Origin: Callorhinchus milii | Lineage: Eukaryota | Assembly: GCF_018977255.1 (NCBI RefSeq) | Contig: NW_024705481.1 | Location: 1 to 40,942, forward strand | Direction of reading: 5' to 3' | Length of the DNA: 40,942 nt | In this document: in pieces, positions 1 to 12,439 of the stretch | How the letters are laid out: each line of letters begins with the position of its first letter | Numbering within the stretch: position 1 is the first letter of the stretch | Notes under the pieces: model-generated | The model's database searches: none | What the model saw: the letters and a program-made list of their open reading frames with translations, nothing else | Told to the model about the DNA's origin: nothing | Made by a program: the position numbers and the translations under genes

Positions 1-60
1 TTGTCAGTGGGCAAACGTACAAAATCAGCAGGGGATCAAATACTTTTTTCCCTCACTGTA
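1..60. mobile_element. Terminal inverted repeat end of a Tc1/mariner DNA transposon
   Basis: The reverse complement reads TA-CAGTGAGGGAAAAAAGTATTTGATCCCCTGCTGATTTTG, a TA target followed by a CAGTG Tc1-type terminus. Confidence 0.8.
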
Positions 61-314
61 GGGTACCTTGCACTCTGATGGAGTGCCAAACTGCAAGGAC
101 AGCCTCGCAACGTTCTGGAAAATATGCAGCTTGTGAGAGATGAAGTCTTGCACTGTAGGGAACACACGCAGGGTAATCATTCCATTTCTCAAAAGGGAAG
201 ACACGCAGGGCAATTACTTCACTCAAACCAGGTTAAGAGCAGGCTGGGCCTGGGCAGGACTCGTCTCGTTAGGTTAGGAAGATGCTGGTCGTGGGTGACG
301 ATTACTTAGTGAGT

Positions 315-555
315 GGCATCACTATCACAATCATCATCTCCACCACCACTATCATTATCATCATCACTATCACCATCACCACCATCATTATCATCATCAT
401 CGCCATTGTTGTCACCACCATCAGAATCGCTATCATCATTGTCACCACCATCATCACCATAACCACCATCATCACCATAACCACCGTCATCATCACCATA
501 ACCACCATCATCATCATAACCACTGTCATCATTTCCATAACCACCGTTGTCACCC
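315..555. repeat. Degenerate (CAT/CAC)n trinucleotide microsatellite
   Basis: Directly visible; gives the low-complexity Ile/Thr and Met/Val ORFs. Confidence 0.9.
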
Positions 556-594
556 GAGAGTGATCGCTGGCCGTGCGTGTGACTGTGCTGACAG

Positions 595-693
595 GCGAGT
601 ACACGCTGTCATTCGCGGCCTGCACAGGGAACGAGATGATCGTCAAGCTGCTCATGGACCACGGAGCCTCCCTCATCACGCAGGACTCCCTCG
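595..693 (+). CDS. TRPV6: TRPV5/6-like exon, ankyrin repeat ([34 protein letters not shown])
   Basis: acag|G at 591-595 and G|gtcag at 693-694; 99 nt, phase 1-1; resembles the TRPV6 GEHPLSFAAC..QDSLG segment. Confidence 0.9.
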
Positions 694-1254
694 GTCAGCG
701 CCCCTCCCTCGGCGCTCCATCCGTCGCTATTGGCGCCACCGTAGCGCCCCACTGTTAGTGCCGCTTAGCGGGCAGCAGACGGCAGCAGACTGCAAAATCA
801 AATTGTCGTGGCGTGGTTCTTCTCCTGTGCCTGCGTCTAAGCTTTCCGCATGCACCGACACGCGCTGACCGCTGGCTGTTGCCGGGTTCATGGACAGATA
901 ACCTCAAGAACAGCCCGTTCTCCTATAACACTGCGTGTTTTGATCACGCGAATTGGATATAACGCGATTTACTGAACAGAACTACGTCGCGCTAGTAAGA
1001 ATAAGCGGTTTTACAGCTGTCTCGGCATAGTAAGGCATTGGGATGCTGCTGGATGCTTCTAGTATCTAGATACTACTAGATACTACCCACGCGGCTTTAG
1101 TCTTCGTTTAGCCTGTGTACGCATCTCTCGTGTTATCGTGGACTTTGCTTTACCTTATATTATATGATTTTAAAAACTAAATTTTTCGATAATGCGGTGT
1201 TCTTCAGGAACGCAACGACCACTGTGCTATAGGAGAACAACAGACTGTGTGCGT

Positions 1255-1482
1255 GGTCTAGGCAGGACACGTCGCTCGCTGGAAGCGAATGATGGTCCCT
1301 GGTCCAGACTCATGACAAAGAGGAGGGAACACGTCTGAGACGACGTCCACCGTGGAGATGGAGAAATTAAACGAGCTCGGATAGATTGCTACTGCATGGC
1401 GAAACCTGAAGAAATGTCAACGTCTTGTGGATGACTTCATCCAGCAGTGGACACATCACAGCCGATGATGACGATGATGATG
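1255..1482 (+). mobile_element. 3' end of an RTE-type LINE with (GAT)n tail; related pieces near 14310-14360 (+), 15135-15350 (-) and 21775-21800 (-)
   Basis: Remnant AGHVAR...RP..RW coding, terminal TTCATCCAGCAGTGGA (FIQQW) and a GATGATGAC tail, shared among copies. Confidence 0.6.
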
Positions 1483-1694
1483 CTGAGCCTCATGCATTAA
1501 TTAGGATAGTGCGGTGATATTGGTGAGAGAGGGAAAGGTTAGAAAGCAAACCGAAGGCATTGACAATGACCGAGTAATGTAGTGGACCATCATTGCTTTT
1601 GCAGTTGTTGTTTGACGTCTTTCCTCGGCTGTTTCCACACGCAAGCAATTATCGTCCTGAATCTATTTTGAAGTTTCTGGAAACTAAATTTTTC

Positions 1695-3265
1695 AAATAC
1701 CGTCCCATCGTCTCCACCATTGGCCCGATACCTTGCAGCCATTCACTGGTAAGACCACCTCTTCTGTTCTTAACTCAGCTCACCTGGTATAATCAATTAA
1801 AGACATCTCACTGTCCCCAGGTGATTTGCTCGTTAGTTTCGATGTAGTTTCTTTGTTCACCAAAGTTCCTGTGCACGATACCATTGCAATCATTGAAGAA
1901 TTGGTCCAACAAGGATTGCATGCTGATGTACCGGCCCTGATGAGACACCGCCTCACCAATACATACTTCACTTGGAATAAAACATTATACAAACAAACTG
2001 AAGGCACCCCAATGAGTTCTCCCTTATCTCCACTTGTAGCCAATATTTTCATTGACAAATTTAAGACGGACCATCCAGGCATCCACTCTACGCCCGTCCT
2101 TGTGGAAGAAGTACGTGGATGATACATTTGTCATCTGGCCGCATGGCCGACCGGCTCTGAACCAATTCTTCAATCACATCAATTCCATACACCCATCCAT
2201 CAAATTCACCATGGAGGTAGAAAAGGATGGCATGCTACCTTTCTTGGATGTCCTAATCAAAAAGAGACATGATGGCTAATTGAGCCATTCTGTCTACAGG
2301 AAAGTAACCCATACTGACATCTACCTAAAACCTGATTCCCACCACCACCCATCCCAGAAGAATTCCCTCATCAAAACTCTACACCATAGAGCTCAATGTA
2401 TCTCTGACCATGAACACCTAACCAGTGAACTCAACCACATACACCAAGCTCTCAAGGCGAATGGATACTCTGACTACACAATCCGCAAAGCCATCACCCC
2501 AACCGTGAGGAAGGAGCCATCTGAGGATCCAATCAAAACCATCACCTTGCCATACATAGCAGGGGTAACCAAAATTATTTCCAAAATCATGAACAAACAC
2601 AAGATCCAGGTCCGATTTAACACAGTACATAAAATTGTGATCTGATCCCATCTGTGAAGGACAAGATTCCTGACATGCAATATCCCGGCTCTACAAACTA
2701 AGCTGTATCTGCGGCAGCAGTTACATTGGGGAAACTAAGCGACATGTCTCGGACCGTGTTCGTGAGCATAAGGCAGATTTGAAACACGGTAGGACCAATA
2801 CTTCTGCCGTGGCTGATCATTATTTTAATGCAGCTGGCTCACACGAAATTGATTTCTCTAAGACGATGGTACTTTGCAAGCCTACTGGCTATCAACAAAG
2901 ATTCGTTCATGAAGCCATCCATATTTACAGACACAATTTCAACCGAGATGATGGTTATACAAGATGTCATCAACCACTTTGGGTCATTACTTGATTTGTG
3001 TTTTCTTGTCAACCTCCACCGTCATCAGTGTGGGTATGTGGAGCGAGGTGCAATGCTTTAATTGGTGTAGATCTACTGCCGGTGTCGGGCTTTCTCCTAC
3101 ATTAACATTAGCTGCCCCGCCCATCTCTTAAACCTTTATAAATAGCTTTCCTTTAGAGGCGAACCTCCCTGTTCCTGATGACGATCACTTGTGTTCCGAT
3201 GGAAAGGTCGTGATATTTTTTTTATCACTTTTTTTCTATATATGTGACTTTACTGAAAGAACCAT
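1695..3265 (+). mobile_element. Decayed Penelope-like retroelement (RT + GIY-YIG endonuclease, Poseidon/Penelope type) with 3' terminal region
   Basis: Frameshifted RT motifs RPIVS, LVSFDVVSLFTKVP, GTPMSSPLSP, YVDDTF, IKFTMEVE..LPFLDV, VYRKVTHT and LPYI. These are followed by a GIY-YIG-type YKLSCICGSSYIGETKR..R.REHK at ~2690-2770 and a terminal NFNRDDG. Confidence 0.9.
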
Positions 3266-4183
3266 AGAATATGGAAATGTATAGTAGCAGCCAAATAATC
3301 GAAACGTGTGTTTCTAAATGTGGCCACGGGAGAGAGACATGCAAACTCCAAAAATACAGGCATCAGGGTCGGGATCGAACCCATGACCTCCTGTATACCA
3401 GGCGAGGTAGTTAACATCTGGCCCCCGTGGCAGCCCAAAAAACCTTGCCTATTGCGGGATTTTACATCATGGATTTGACTATGCAGTACGTGCCAAATGT
3501 ATTGAGGCATAGTTCACCAATCGTGCCCCTGTGGTTCGACCACTCGCGGGATTCCTGTACACATCGTAGAGAAGTACTTTACTCTAACTGTACTGCTCAT
3601 GATGATGCTGCTGTGGAAGAACACGCACGCCGTCCTGTCTCTATCCTGTCTCCATCTCGATCCATCCTGTCTCCATGATTTATCCATCCTGTCTCCCACA
3701 CAGCCCATCGTTGATCACAGGTCACGTGTTGCCAGCGTTCAGTGAGGCATTGACTGTAACAGTTATATTTAACACCGTAGAAACTATTCACGATATTTTA
3801 CATCAAACATACTTCCTGTTTCATGTTTTGGGTTGATGTAGAGTGGTGTCGTATTACAAACCATGAACCAAACCCGACGCTTCCGATTCGAGTTTTCGGA
3901 TCGCACATTTTCCGATTGTGGCAATTTTTAAGAACTTTTAAGAACTTCATCCCCACGATGCGCAACCTTTTGGGTATAAGTTTACCGACTTTCTTTACTC
4001 CAATTTCTATTTTGCCGTTTCTCTGATTGTTAGTTTGGTCCTTGCTGTAATTTCTTATTTGGTTATTTTTACGCTGATTTCTATTTGCTTCATTACTGCA
4101 CTTGTTTTTCGAACAATATTGCTTTTGTAATTGTGGTGACCCAAGTCAGCTTTAATGGATGAGACGAGTATCCTGGTTCATGA

Positions 4184-4498
4184 GGGCTCCACGGTGGCGA
4201 GATGTTAACTACATCGCCTCGTATGCAGGAGGTCATAGGTTCAATCTCGACTCTGACACCAGTATATTTGAAGTTTGCGCCTCTCTTGCTCTCCCCGTGG
4301 TAGCGTGTATTTTTCTCCGGGTCCTTCGTTTTTTCCCCTCCACATTTAGAATCAACATCACGCGTTTCGAGTATTTGGCTGCTCCTATACATTTCCACGC
4401 GATAAGCCACTTCGTTGAGCTATCATTTGTGATGGCCAGGTCGCTTCTGAAAACGAACTATGTAGCCCAGTGGCCTTCTTACCAGGTAAAACACAAAT
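4184..4498 (+). mobile_element. tRNA-derived SINE with V-domain-like core; other copies ~3265-3432 (-), ~12870-13175 (-), ~18833-18990 (+)
   Basis: Pol III A/B-box-like head (GGTGGCGAGATG..GGTTCAATCTC) and core AGTTTGC..CTCCCCGTGG..CGTG..TTTTCTCCGGGTCC. The shared tail also occurs at ~35915-35995 and ~38305-38365. Confidence 0.7.
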
Positions 4499-4589
4499 AG
4501 TTCAGCTGGTTAATGATGTGCTCACCTGGTCACACAAAACAAGACTTGAAGCTTGTTGTCGCACACCCCACCCCGTTTGCCGCATGCAG

Positions 4590-4760
4590 GCAACACGGTG
4601 CTGCACGTGCTGGTGCTGCACCCCGACCGGGTGCTCGCCGTGCACATGTACGACTTTCTCATCTCGCTGGTGCACGAGGGCCAGCGGCGCTCGCTCGAGG
4701 CCATCCAGAACGCCCAAGGGTTCTCTCCGCTCAAGCTCGCGGCCGCCGAGGGAATCTGCC
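4590..4760 (+). CDS. TRPV6: TRPV5/6-like exon, ankyrin repeats (GNTVLHVLVLHPDR...QGFSPLKLAAAEG)
   Basis: gcag|G acceptor and gtgag donor at 4761; 171 nt. It ends in phase 1 although the next exon starts in phase 0; the expected GNLP appears in a shifted frame. Confidence 0.88.
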
Positions 4761-5863
4761 GTGAGTTTTTCGTTTTATTTCAAATTGTGTGTATTTTTTG
4801 TGGCCGTGATTTGCTTACCTTTACAAAGCTTTGTACTCCTGTTTGTGTGTTTTGAATTGGAAGCTGCTGTAACGTTCTGAGCCCCGTGAGTCTAAATTCT
4901 GCCTGCTGCTAACATCAGTGGCGAATTATTATGCTGCCTGTTTGAGTTCCATGATGGAGAGTAATCGTTTTCCTAAGTAAATACCTTCAGCGCATGAGCA
5001 GTGAGGTTGGACGTTTGTGATAAAAATAGCTTCCCAGCTAATCGGATTCCTCCAGTATGAATAAATATTATGATGATGTCTTGATATTGCTCTCAGATTG
5101 CCTATGTGCTGGAAGAACTTGAAATTAATTACTGAAAAGTATGACTTCATATAAAAGTATGACTTCATACTTTTCATTAACACCTTAAGTTACCAAAAAA
5201 ATTATTATATATATTAAACTTATCAGAACCACATATTTAAAGTGTTTGTCAACTACATTTTTTGCAAGAATTTTTTATATAAAGGCATTACAAGTTTAAC
5301 ATCTACTTTAAGAAATATTGGAGCAATGCGGAGGGAGCAGTGGCACTGCACTACGAACCCAGGTAACCCAGGTTCTATAAAGATGGGAAAAACAGCTTTA
5401 TAGCTCATCGGATTCCTCCAGAATAAATATATATTCTGATTCTGATTTTCTTAAGCGGGACTTTCTGTTTTTTTTTACAACTTCCTGAGTGCTACCGGCC
5501 CAAAGGCCCAAATCGTCATGAGGGGCCGGCAACACGCGGCACCAGTCAATGTTGTGCGAGGTGCAACGTCAACGCCTATCTTGCTCGCGACGTTGGCCGC
5601 CGGTCATGCGGGTCAGATCGAATCGAGGGGTGGCTGCTCATCCACCGTTTGTTGTCTTTCAAAAAAATGCTTTTACATGTCCCCCCGCTGGTTACGTGCG
5701 GGGTGGGTGGTGGTCGCGCATTTGTCCATGCACGGGCCGCGGCCCACGGTCTCGTGGCGCCGGCTGTGGCCGCTGCAGCTCCTGTGCTCGGATTGAGCCT
5801 CGACGATGCCCCCACCCCTTCCCCCAATGGCGCTGAGAGGAGACGTTTCTGCGTTTCCCTCAG

Positions 5864-6010
5864 ATGTTCAACCACCTCATGCAGAAGAGGAAAAACATCT
5901 ACTGGAACTGCGGCCCCGTCAGATCAGCCATTTACGACCTCACGGACATCGACACGTGGGGAGACAAAAACTCGATCTTGGAAATTATCACCTCCAGCAA
6001 AAACAAAGAG
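5864..6010 (+). CDS. TRPV6: TRPV5/6-like exon ([49 protein letters not shown])
   Basis: ttccctcag|ATG and GAG|gtgagt; 147 nt; matches the TRPV6 MFQHLMQKRK..YDLTEID linker. Confidence 0.92.
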
Positions 6011-9000
6011 GTGAGTGCCCAGTTTAGACACGCGCTAAATCACCGTCAGACTGTTATTATTTTACCTCCACAATAAATTGACACACAGACGCCTGGGGCA
6101 CAGGCATCTGTGCGTAGCATTTTTAATAGAACGTCATTACAAATTTTACTTGGATCTGTTTTTCAAAAATATTGAAACCATGCGGAGGGGAGCAGTAGCA
6201 CTGCTCTACGAACCCAGGAAATCCGATGAGCTTTTTCAGAGCTTACCCACCACTCCAGTGGGTGGTGGGCACAGGCAAGGAATTACCCCCCAGTGAGGAG
6301 CTCGCATCTGACTCCCGATTCCCAATAACCCACGTGGCGGAGCCTATACAGACTGAAGAGAGTGAGTCTCTGCAGATGCTGCAACTCTCTCATAAAATCC
6401 TGGGGGGGGGCTCCTACACAACAAGCGACCAATGTGTGATTGTCAAAAGAAGCAAAAACCGTGGATCATCTCCTGAGATGCCCTGCAGCATCCACAATGC
6501 ACTACCTCCAGATTTGGCCATGCCAACGCCACACAAACGGTGGGGTGGCCTGTGCAGAATATTGGGAAAGTGCCATGTAGAGGTTGGGCAGGAGACACCA
6601 CGACGACACCCCAGTCGATCATCACACACAGTCTGACTGCCTGCTAGCCGGGATGGAAGCTGTCCACTGGCACCACCGCACCACGGCACATGGCAGATGA
6701 AGCCATTGCAGTCGTGATCAGGATGAAGGGACTGCAATGCATATATTATCAGAGTATGTTTTTGTTTGCATTCTGACCACAAGTGTTGTGGTTAATGCAG
6801 ACATGATTCCTTGTAAAAGATTTCAGTTTGGTGTTTTAACATCTTAACACCTATTTTGTTGCCAGAAAAAAGGGGAAAACCGATTATCATATTTTGGTAC
6901 TGGCAAATGAGGTCCCATGATGTATATGACGAACATTTTCCTCAAGGGCAGGTTGGAAACATGTACTATACAATAGGGCATTATGTATATATTGGTCTTG
7001 AAAAATTATCAAAATAAGACAAATAAATGAAAAAAAAAGTGTAATTATCAAAAATTATGCTAATTATGTAATTATGCAAATTATCATATGCTACTTAGGA
7101 AAATGTAATTGTATGAAGTTATGCAAGTGTATGCTAGTATGCTAATCCATGCAATTATGATAATTAGGCTCTGCCTTGTTGTCTAGGGTTGCATTATCAA
7201 TCGGAATGATACAATGAAGGTGTAATTGTATTAAGTTATGCAAGTGTGATGTAAGTATGCCGATTAAGCTCGGCTTCGTTGTCTAGGGTTGTCTTATCAA
7301 TCAGGATAATACAATGATTATCGCTTTAACTTTTACTGATTGTGTTTTAGTGTTTTTATGTCAGGTCTCAAAATTTAGATCTCACTAAAGGATACAGTTC
7401 TTATAGTTAAGATTATGCATGAACTTAGGAAGGCACCACTCAGACTCTTCTGTGTTAAGCAACTTTAATCTCTAAACAAACACATAACACTCTAATATGC
7501 GAACTCTTATGCTAGGAATGTCATTGATCCGTACAAATAACCCTCAATGGTTACGTTTGTTAACTGGGTAACAGAACAATCGGTTAATTCCTCAGAGTAA
7601 AGCGAGCATACACGGCGATGGGAAAAAGTCCTTAAAAATGAATGTGCCAATATTCATACGAAAGTAATAAAGAAACATGTCCTGAAAGCAAAAGTAGACC
7701 TCAATTAATTCATTGGTAAGATTATGCAATTCACGAAAATGAATGACTAAAATAACAATCGTATTCATGTAACTCGACGGGCAGCAATGCTTTTCACGAT
7801 CAGCTGATATTTAACGCACCACCTTGGAATGGCAACCCTTCTTGAAACACAAAGATAACTTTTTGGAACAATCTTAATCGTCTCGATATGCGTGTTGTGT
7901 GCGTGTGCTTCTTTGCCACTTATTGACTTGGCGGCTTACGTGTACGGCGTTCCTTGTGCTGAAAATACCTCGGGTTCCCAGCAGGGCCGCTGGGACGGTG
8001 TGTGTGTGTATTGAACACACGGCACTCTTTCCTGCGCCAACACTCTTCCTCTTGGCGTTGCCAGCTCTCTCCACTGCTGGTTGGTTGAGTTGGCGCAATG
8101 CTCGCCGTCGCCGGTACACGATGATTCCGTCTTCAGATAGCGCTCGCAGCTCGTCGCTGGTCGCCGTTCCTCACTCTTGTCTTGGTACCCAGCTGGTGCT
8201 TGTCGGTGTGCGTGTGGGTCGAAACCACGGCGCTCTCGCTGGCACTGACACTCTTCCTCACGGGCGGCTGGTCAGGCTCTTTCCCCTGCTCCGTGCTCTC
8301 TCCTTGCTCACTCTGTGCCCTCGCCCTTATCGTGCAGCTGCCAGCTTCACACGGGCACCTGCTGGTGCCTCTCCCACCCTTACTTCAGGGCTGCGCTGGC
8401 TCAGGCTCGTTCCACTGCTCCATTCTCTCTCCTTTGGCAGGCAGCTGCCAGTTTCACGCTGGCATTCAGTATTGCCTCTCCCACCCTTCCTTCAGGGCTT
8501 CGCCTTGTCGTTGCTCAACTTTCGTGCTCTCCGCCCTTCTTCCAAGAGGGTTCTTGCTGTGAGCTGCTCGTCGCTGGCTGGATCACTCACTCTCAAAACT
8601 TGTAAATTGTATTAGCACACCTCTTACACAACTCTGATAGCTTAGTACAATACAACTTATCGCAATCCTCGATTCTGCAAGCGACTCAAAACATCAGGAT
8701 GAATGTAGAATAAAACTTTCAGCGATACTCTGTCGGTCCATGGCGAACTCAGCTCTTCACAATACACCGTCCCTTCTCTCTGCGAGACACGACACCCATG
8801 GTTGATCTCGAGGCCATGCCCCGGAGCCTGCCCCTTACAAGACTAAGTTGCATGATCTGTGTCCCTGCTTATATCTGAAATTCTTTCCCCTCGGCTCGCC
8901 TTCTCACAAAGGACCGACATTCCTTCGATTTTGCTCTCAGCCTGTGGGAACAGCTGTTTGTCCGGTGTATGTGTTCTAATTTTATTGACGTAATATAAGT

Positions 9001-9828
9001 TACATCAAAGCCTGGTTCTTGTCCCCTTCCTCAAGCCACCCCGCCATCAATGGAAGCAGATGCTCCAAATTGCCCCCAAGTGCGTCCTTCCAGTCCTCCA
9101 ACCCTCTGCAATAATTAATCTGGAAGGAGGGGGGGAGGGGTGCCCCTGTCCGGTTGCGTTCTCCCCCCTCTTTCCCCACGGCTGGGGGTGTTGTATTTTT
9201 GTCTCTCTCAAAGAGGGGCGCCTCTTGCTTGTACGTGCTTTGTGGCGGCCTTTGAAGCCCGGTAGAGATTTCCCCAGAATCTCATTAGCAACCCCTTCTC
9301 CCCCTTTTGCACCGGGGTTTATTATTATGATTACCTTTTATGGCTACTTCCTTGCCTGGTGTGGCTTGTGAGAGGCAGCTGCTGTTTAAGGGAAGGGGTT
9401 CGCATCACCCCTTTGTGCCCCAAGCGACACCCCGATCGATTTTTTTTTTAATATTGGCAGAATTATTCTTAATATACATTTTTGGAAAAAGGCCTATATA
9501 TACAACAGCATGAGCCTCCATGCTTCGATACACTGATAGGTGAAGCTAATCAAGGAAGCTTATCCACCACCGACCAAGCTGGAGGCATGGACTCCTCGAG
9601 ATCCACGTGGCGCTCTACTAGACTTGCATACAAGTATTTCGCTCCTCGTTTTGATTTCCTGGAGATTCCATTTAATCCAAATGAACAAACTACCGACGTA
9701 TGCGGTGGATCCATGGCACTGTCACATGACGGTCACTCCGCTGGGCCATGCGGCGTGCCCAACATCAAACACGCGTGAGTGTATGTGTGTGTGTGTAAGC
9801 ACGAGCGTCGGGTAGAGGGGAAACTGAA

Positions 9829-10100
9829 GAGTAGCGGTTAACACACTGCACTACGAACTCGACAGCCCGAGTTCTATTCCGGCTCATGGCCAACACCAGT
9901 GATCATTTATCTGAACTGGGCCTCCCCTAGGTCGACTCAGGCTCAATTGAGTACCTGGTGTGGTGTGTTTAAACATCGCCACTTGGACGACAAAGGCGGC
10001 GGAGCATGGTGTTGGTCACCCACCCCCTCGTGTTCCATGCCGGCCTTCATAGGTGATCGCTAACAGCACTTGCCGCAACAGTCTCGTGAGGCTTGTGACA
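9829..10100 (+). mobile_element. Second tRNA-derived SINE family; related copies ~24273-24447, ~5325-5380, ~6180-6225, ~21890-22350 (-)
   Basis: tRNA-like head (CTACGAA..CCGAGTTC.ATTCC) shared among copies, then GGTCGACTCAG..GAGTACC. Confidence 0.55.
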
Positions 10101-12239
10101 TAATAACTGCGCTCATAGTTATTTCATTACTATATAAATGAGAGAATTGCTCAGGTTTGAAAATGCACATTACTACAGACGCGTGCGTGAATTGATTCAC
10201 TGGGAGTGAGTTTGAACCTGCAAGCTCTCGTGGCCATGCCGCAGCTGCACTGAGCGTGGCCTGCAGCCCAGCGCTGTGGTCTGTAGTCTAACACTGTGGC
10301 CTGCAAGCCAGCGTTATGGTTTGTAGTCCAGCGCTGTGGCCTGAAAGCCAGCACTATGTCCTGTAGTCCATCGCTGTGGAGGCAGCAGCAGCGGGGTTTG
10401 GTCGATCACCGCACAGATGTTGTGAAACTCCCTTTCCCATGGGCGTCCAGAAGGAGCCATAGCCTGGCACGCCAGGAGAAGGCGGTACAACAAAGTGCGG
10501 ACCGATGTCATCTGTCCCTTCTGTACGGGGATAGAGCGTTGCCCCCTCGTGCGCGTGGGTTTTCTCCCATACATATGAACGCACCTCCCCCGCCCTACAC
10601 CTCGATTATCACGGTTGGCTACGTATGGTGGTGTGATAGAATTCAACGTACATACATAAAAAACACTCATTAATTGGCAGACAACCACTTAACATGCAGA
10701 GGAATGCAAAGTTCGGGCAATTGCTAGTAACGCCAGCTCACCACGTGGCTGCTGCTGCTGCCTGCCAGCTCATCCTGTGGTTCCTCGGCTAGCGTGAGAG
10801 ATGCAAAATTTGCACGAACGACGACGATGATAAAGCGGTCTGGGCTGGCTTCGTCTGCCAGGCCCATGCCACGTGCCGCCCGCGGCCACGGTCGTGACGT
10901 CACGAGCTGAGCCCCGGAGAGATGCCCCCCACATATCGCCCAGCCATGGGGACAACCCACACACTCAGATCCGTTTGAGTGACGTCAAAAAAGACGACTA
11001 ATTTCCAGTAACAGTTCAAAAACCTTTTTCAGCATTTTGCCGCAAGGCTGAGTGCCTCGCCTTTTGCAAACGTGTGTCTATTTCCATAGAGAAATTTAAT
11101 ATTGAGTACTTTTTTTAGTTTTTATGGAACCAGAGCAACTTTGCATCGATCTTAATGTTGCACACTCGAGATGAAGGACGTGGGCAGGTGCTCCAAATCG
11201 AGGGCAAGCACATTTATTTATTGTGGTTCATATGAATCTTGGGAAGAACAGCACCGTCACTCTGTAAAATGCAACAGCGCGTGTTACACGCAGCAATCCT
11301 TCCGAGACGCCATTAACCATGTGGCTGGTTTACACGTGCGGTTATTCATTAACCCTTTCTCTTAAACCCAATTCTACTACTGATAAACCATCCTTATCTT
11401 TGACAATCACATTTGCACATCACTATTCGAATATTACTTTAATCCTAAGCTGTATGTCTCTCTATACCATCCACTTCTATCGGTATCTTACATCTATTAT
11501 ATGTACTGTATGTGTACAGTATACGTACTGTATCTCACCATTGTACAGCTTACTACTTTACATGTGTTATATTCTCAATAGCATTGCAAGTAGTCATACT
11601 CTGGGTACATGGGCATGGTTATAGACTAAACAGTATTAGAGTTAGAGAATTACAATGACAGTAACTAATTACAGTGCATCATCCCTTTACAATGCACAGT
11701 GCTAAAATGCCTCTAATTGCATATATCACAAACGAACAATTCAAAGCCAAGCTTAAAGTCTAGAACAAGTCTAGAACATTTATATAACGATCAAAACAAC
11801 CTTTGGGTCCTTTACCTGTAAAATGCAACAGCGCGTGTTACACGCAGCCATCCTTCCGAGACGCCATTAACCATGTGGCTGGTTTACACGTGCGGTTATT
11901 CATTAACCCTGCCAGCCACCTACAGGCCCGACTCAGACATTACATGCTGCTGTACACACATGCATTGATGCATTGCACAGCACATCAGGGACCTTCACAG
12001 AACCACACTTTACTCCCTTGCTGCACAAGGACACACTTAAAAGAGTGATCCATTCCTAATGTGCCACATGAAGCACAATTGTGCCTCTGTAAATGGAGGC
12101 TGTTATGCAGAACCCCACGGTCAAATGCGCCCGTGTCTCAGTGCTCACACTGTATCTCACCCGTGTCTCACTGCTCGCTCTGTATCTCACCCCATGTCTC
12201 ACTGCTCGCTCTGCCCGTGTCTCACTGCCTGCACACAAG

Positions 12240-12439
12240 GCTCGCAACCTGATCGGGATGACGCCATCAAAGAGCTCCTCCACCACAAGTGGAAAGTGTA
12301 TGGTTTCAAGTACTTCCTCATCTGGACCGTTCTCTACATCTTCTACATCCTCATCTTCACCGTCTGCTGCATCATGCGTCCTCTACAGCACGTGAACAGG
12401 CTCGACAACGCCACCATAATGGGTTCCAAGCAAATAAGG
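12240..12439 (+). CDS. TRPV6: TRPV5/6-like exon, pre-S1 and S1 (ARNLIGMTP/IKELLHHKWKVYGFKYF...CCIMRPL...KQIR)
   Basis: caag|GCT and AGG|gtacgt; 200 nt. One base is missing at CC 12264-12265, so homology switches between ORF 12093 and ORF 12059. Confidence 0.88.

Noticed and set aside
282..679. Ile/Thr-rich and Met/Val-rich ORFs
   Set aside because: Translations of a CAT/CAC microsatellite.
4184..4262. tRNA genes at SINE heads (also ~3360-3430, ~18835-18905, ~24273-24345)
   Set aside because: A/B-box similarity only; no convincing cloverleaf, and each continues into a SINE body.
7899..8615. 238-aa ORF
   Set aside because: Non-ATG start, Leu/Ser/Arg-rich composition explained by pyrimidine skew, no domain recognised.
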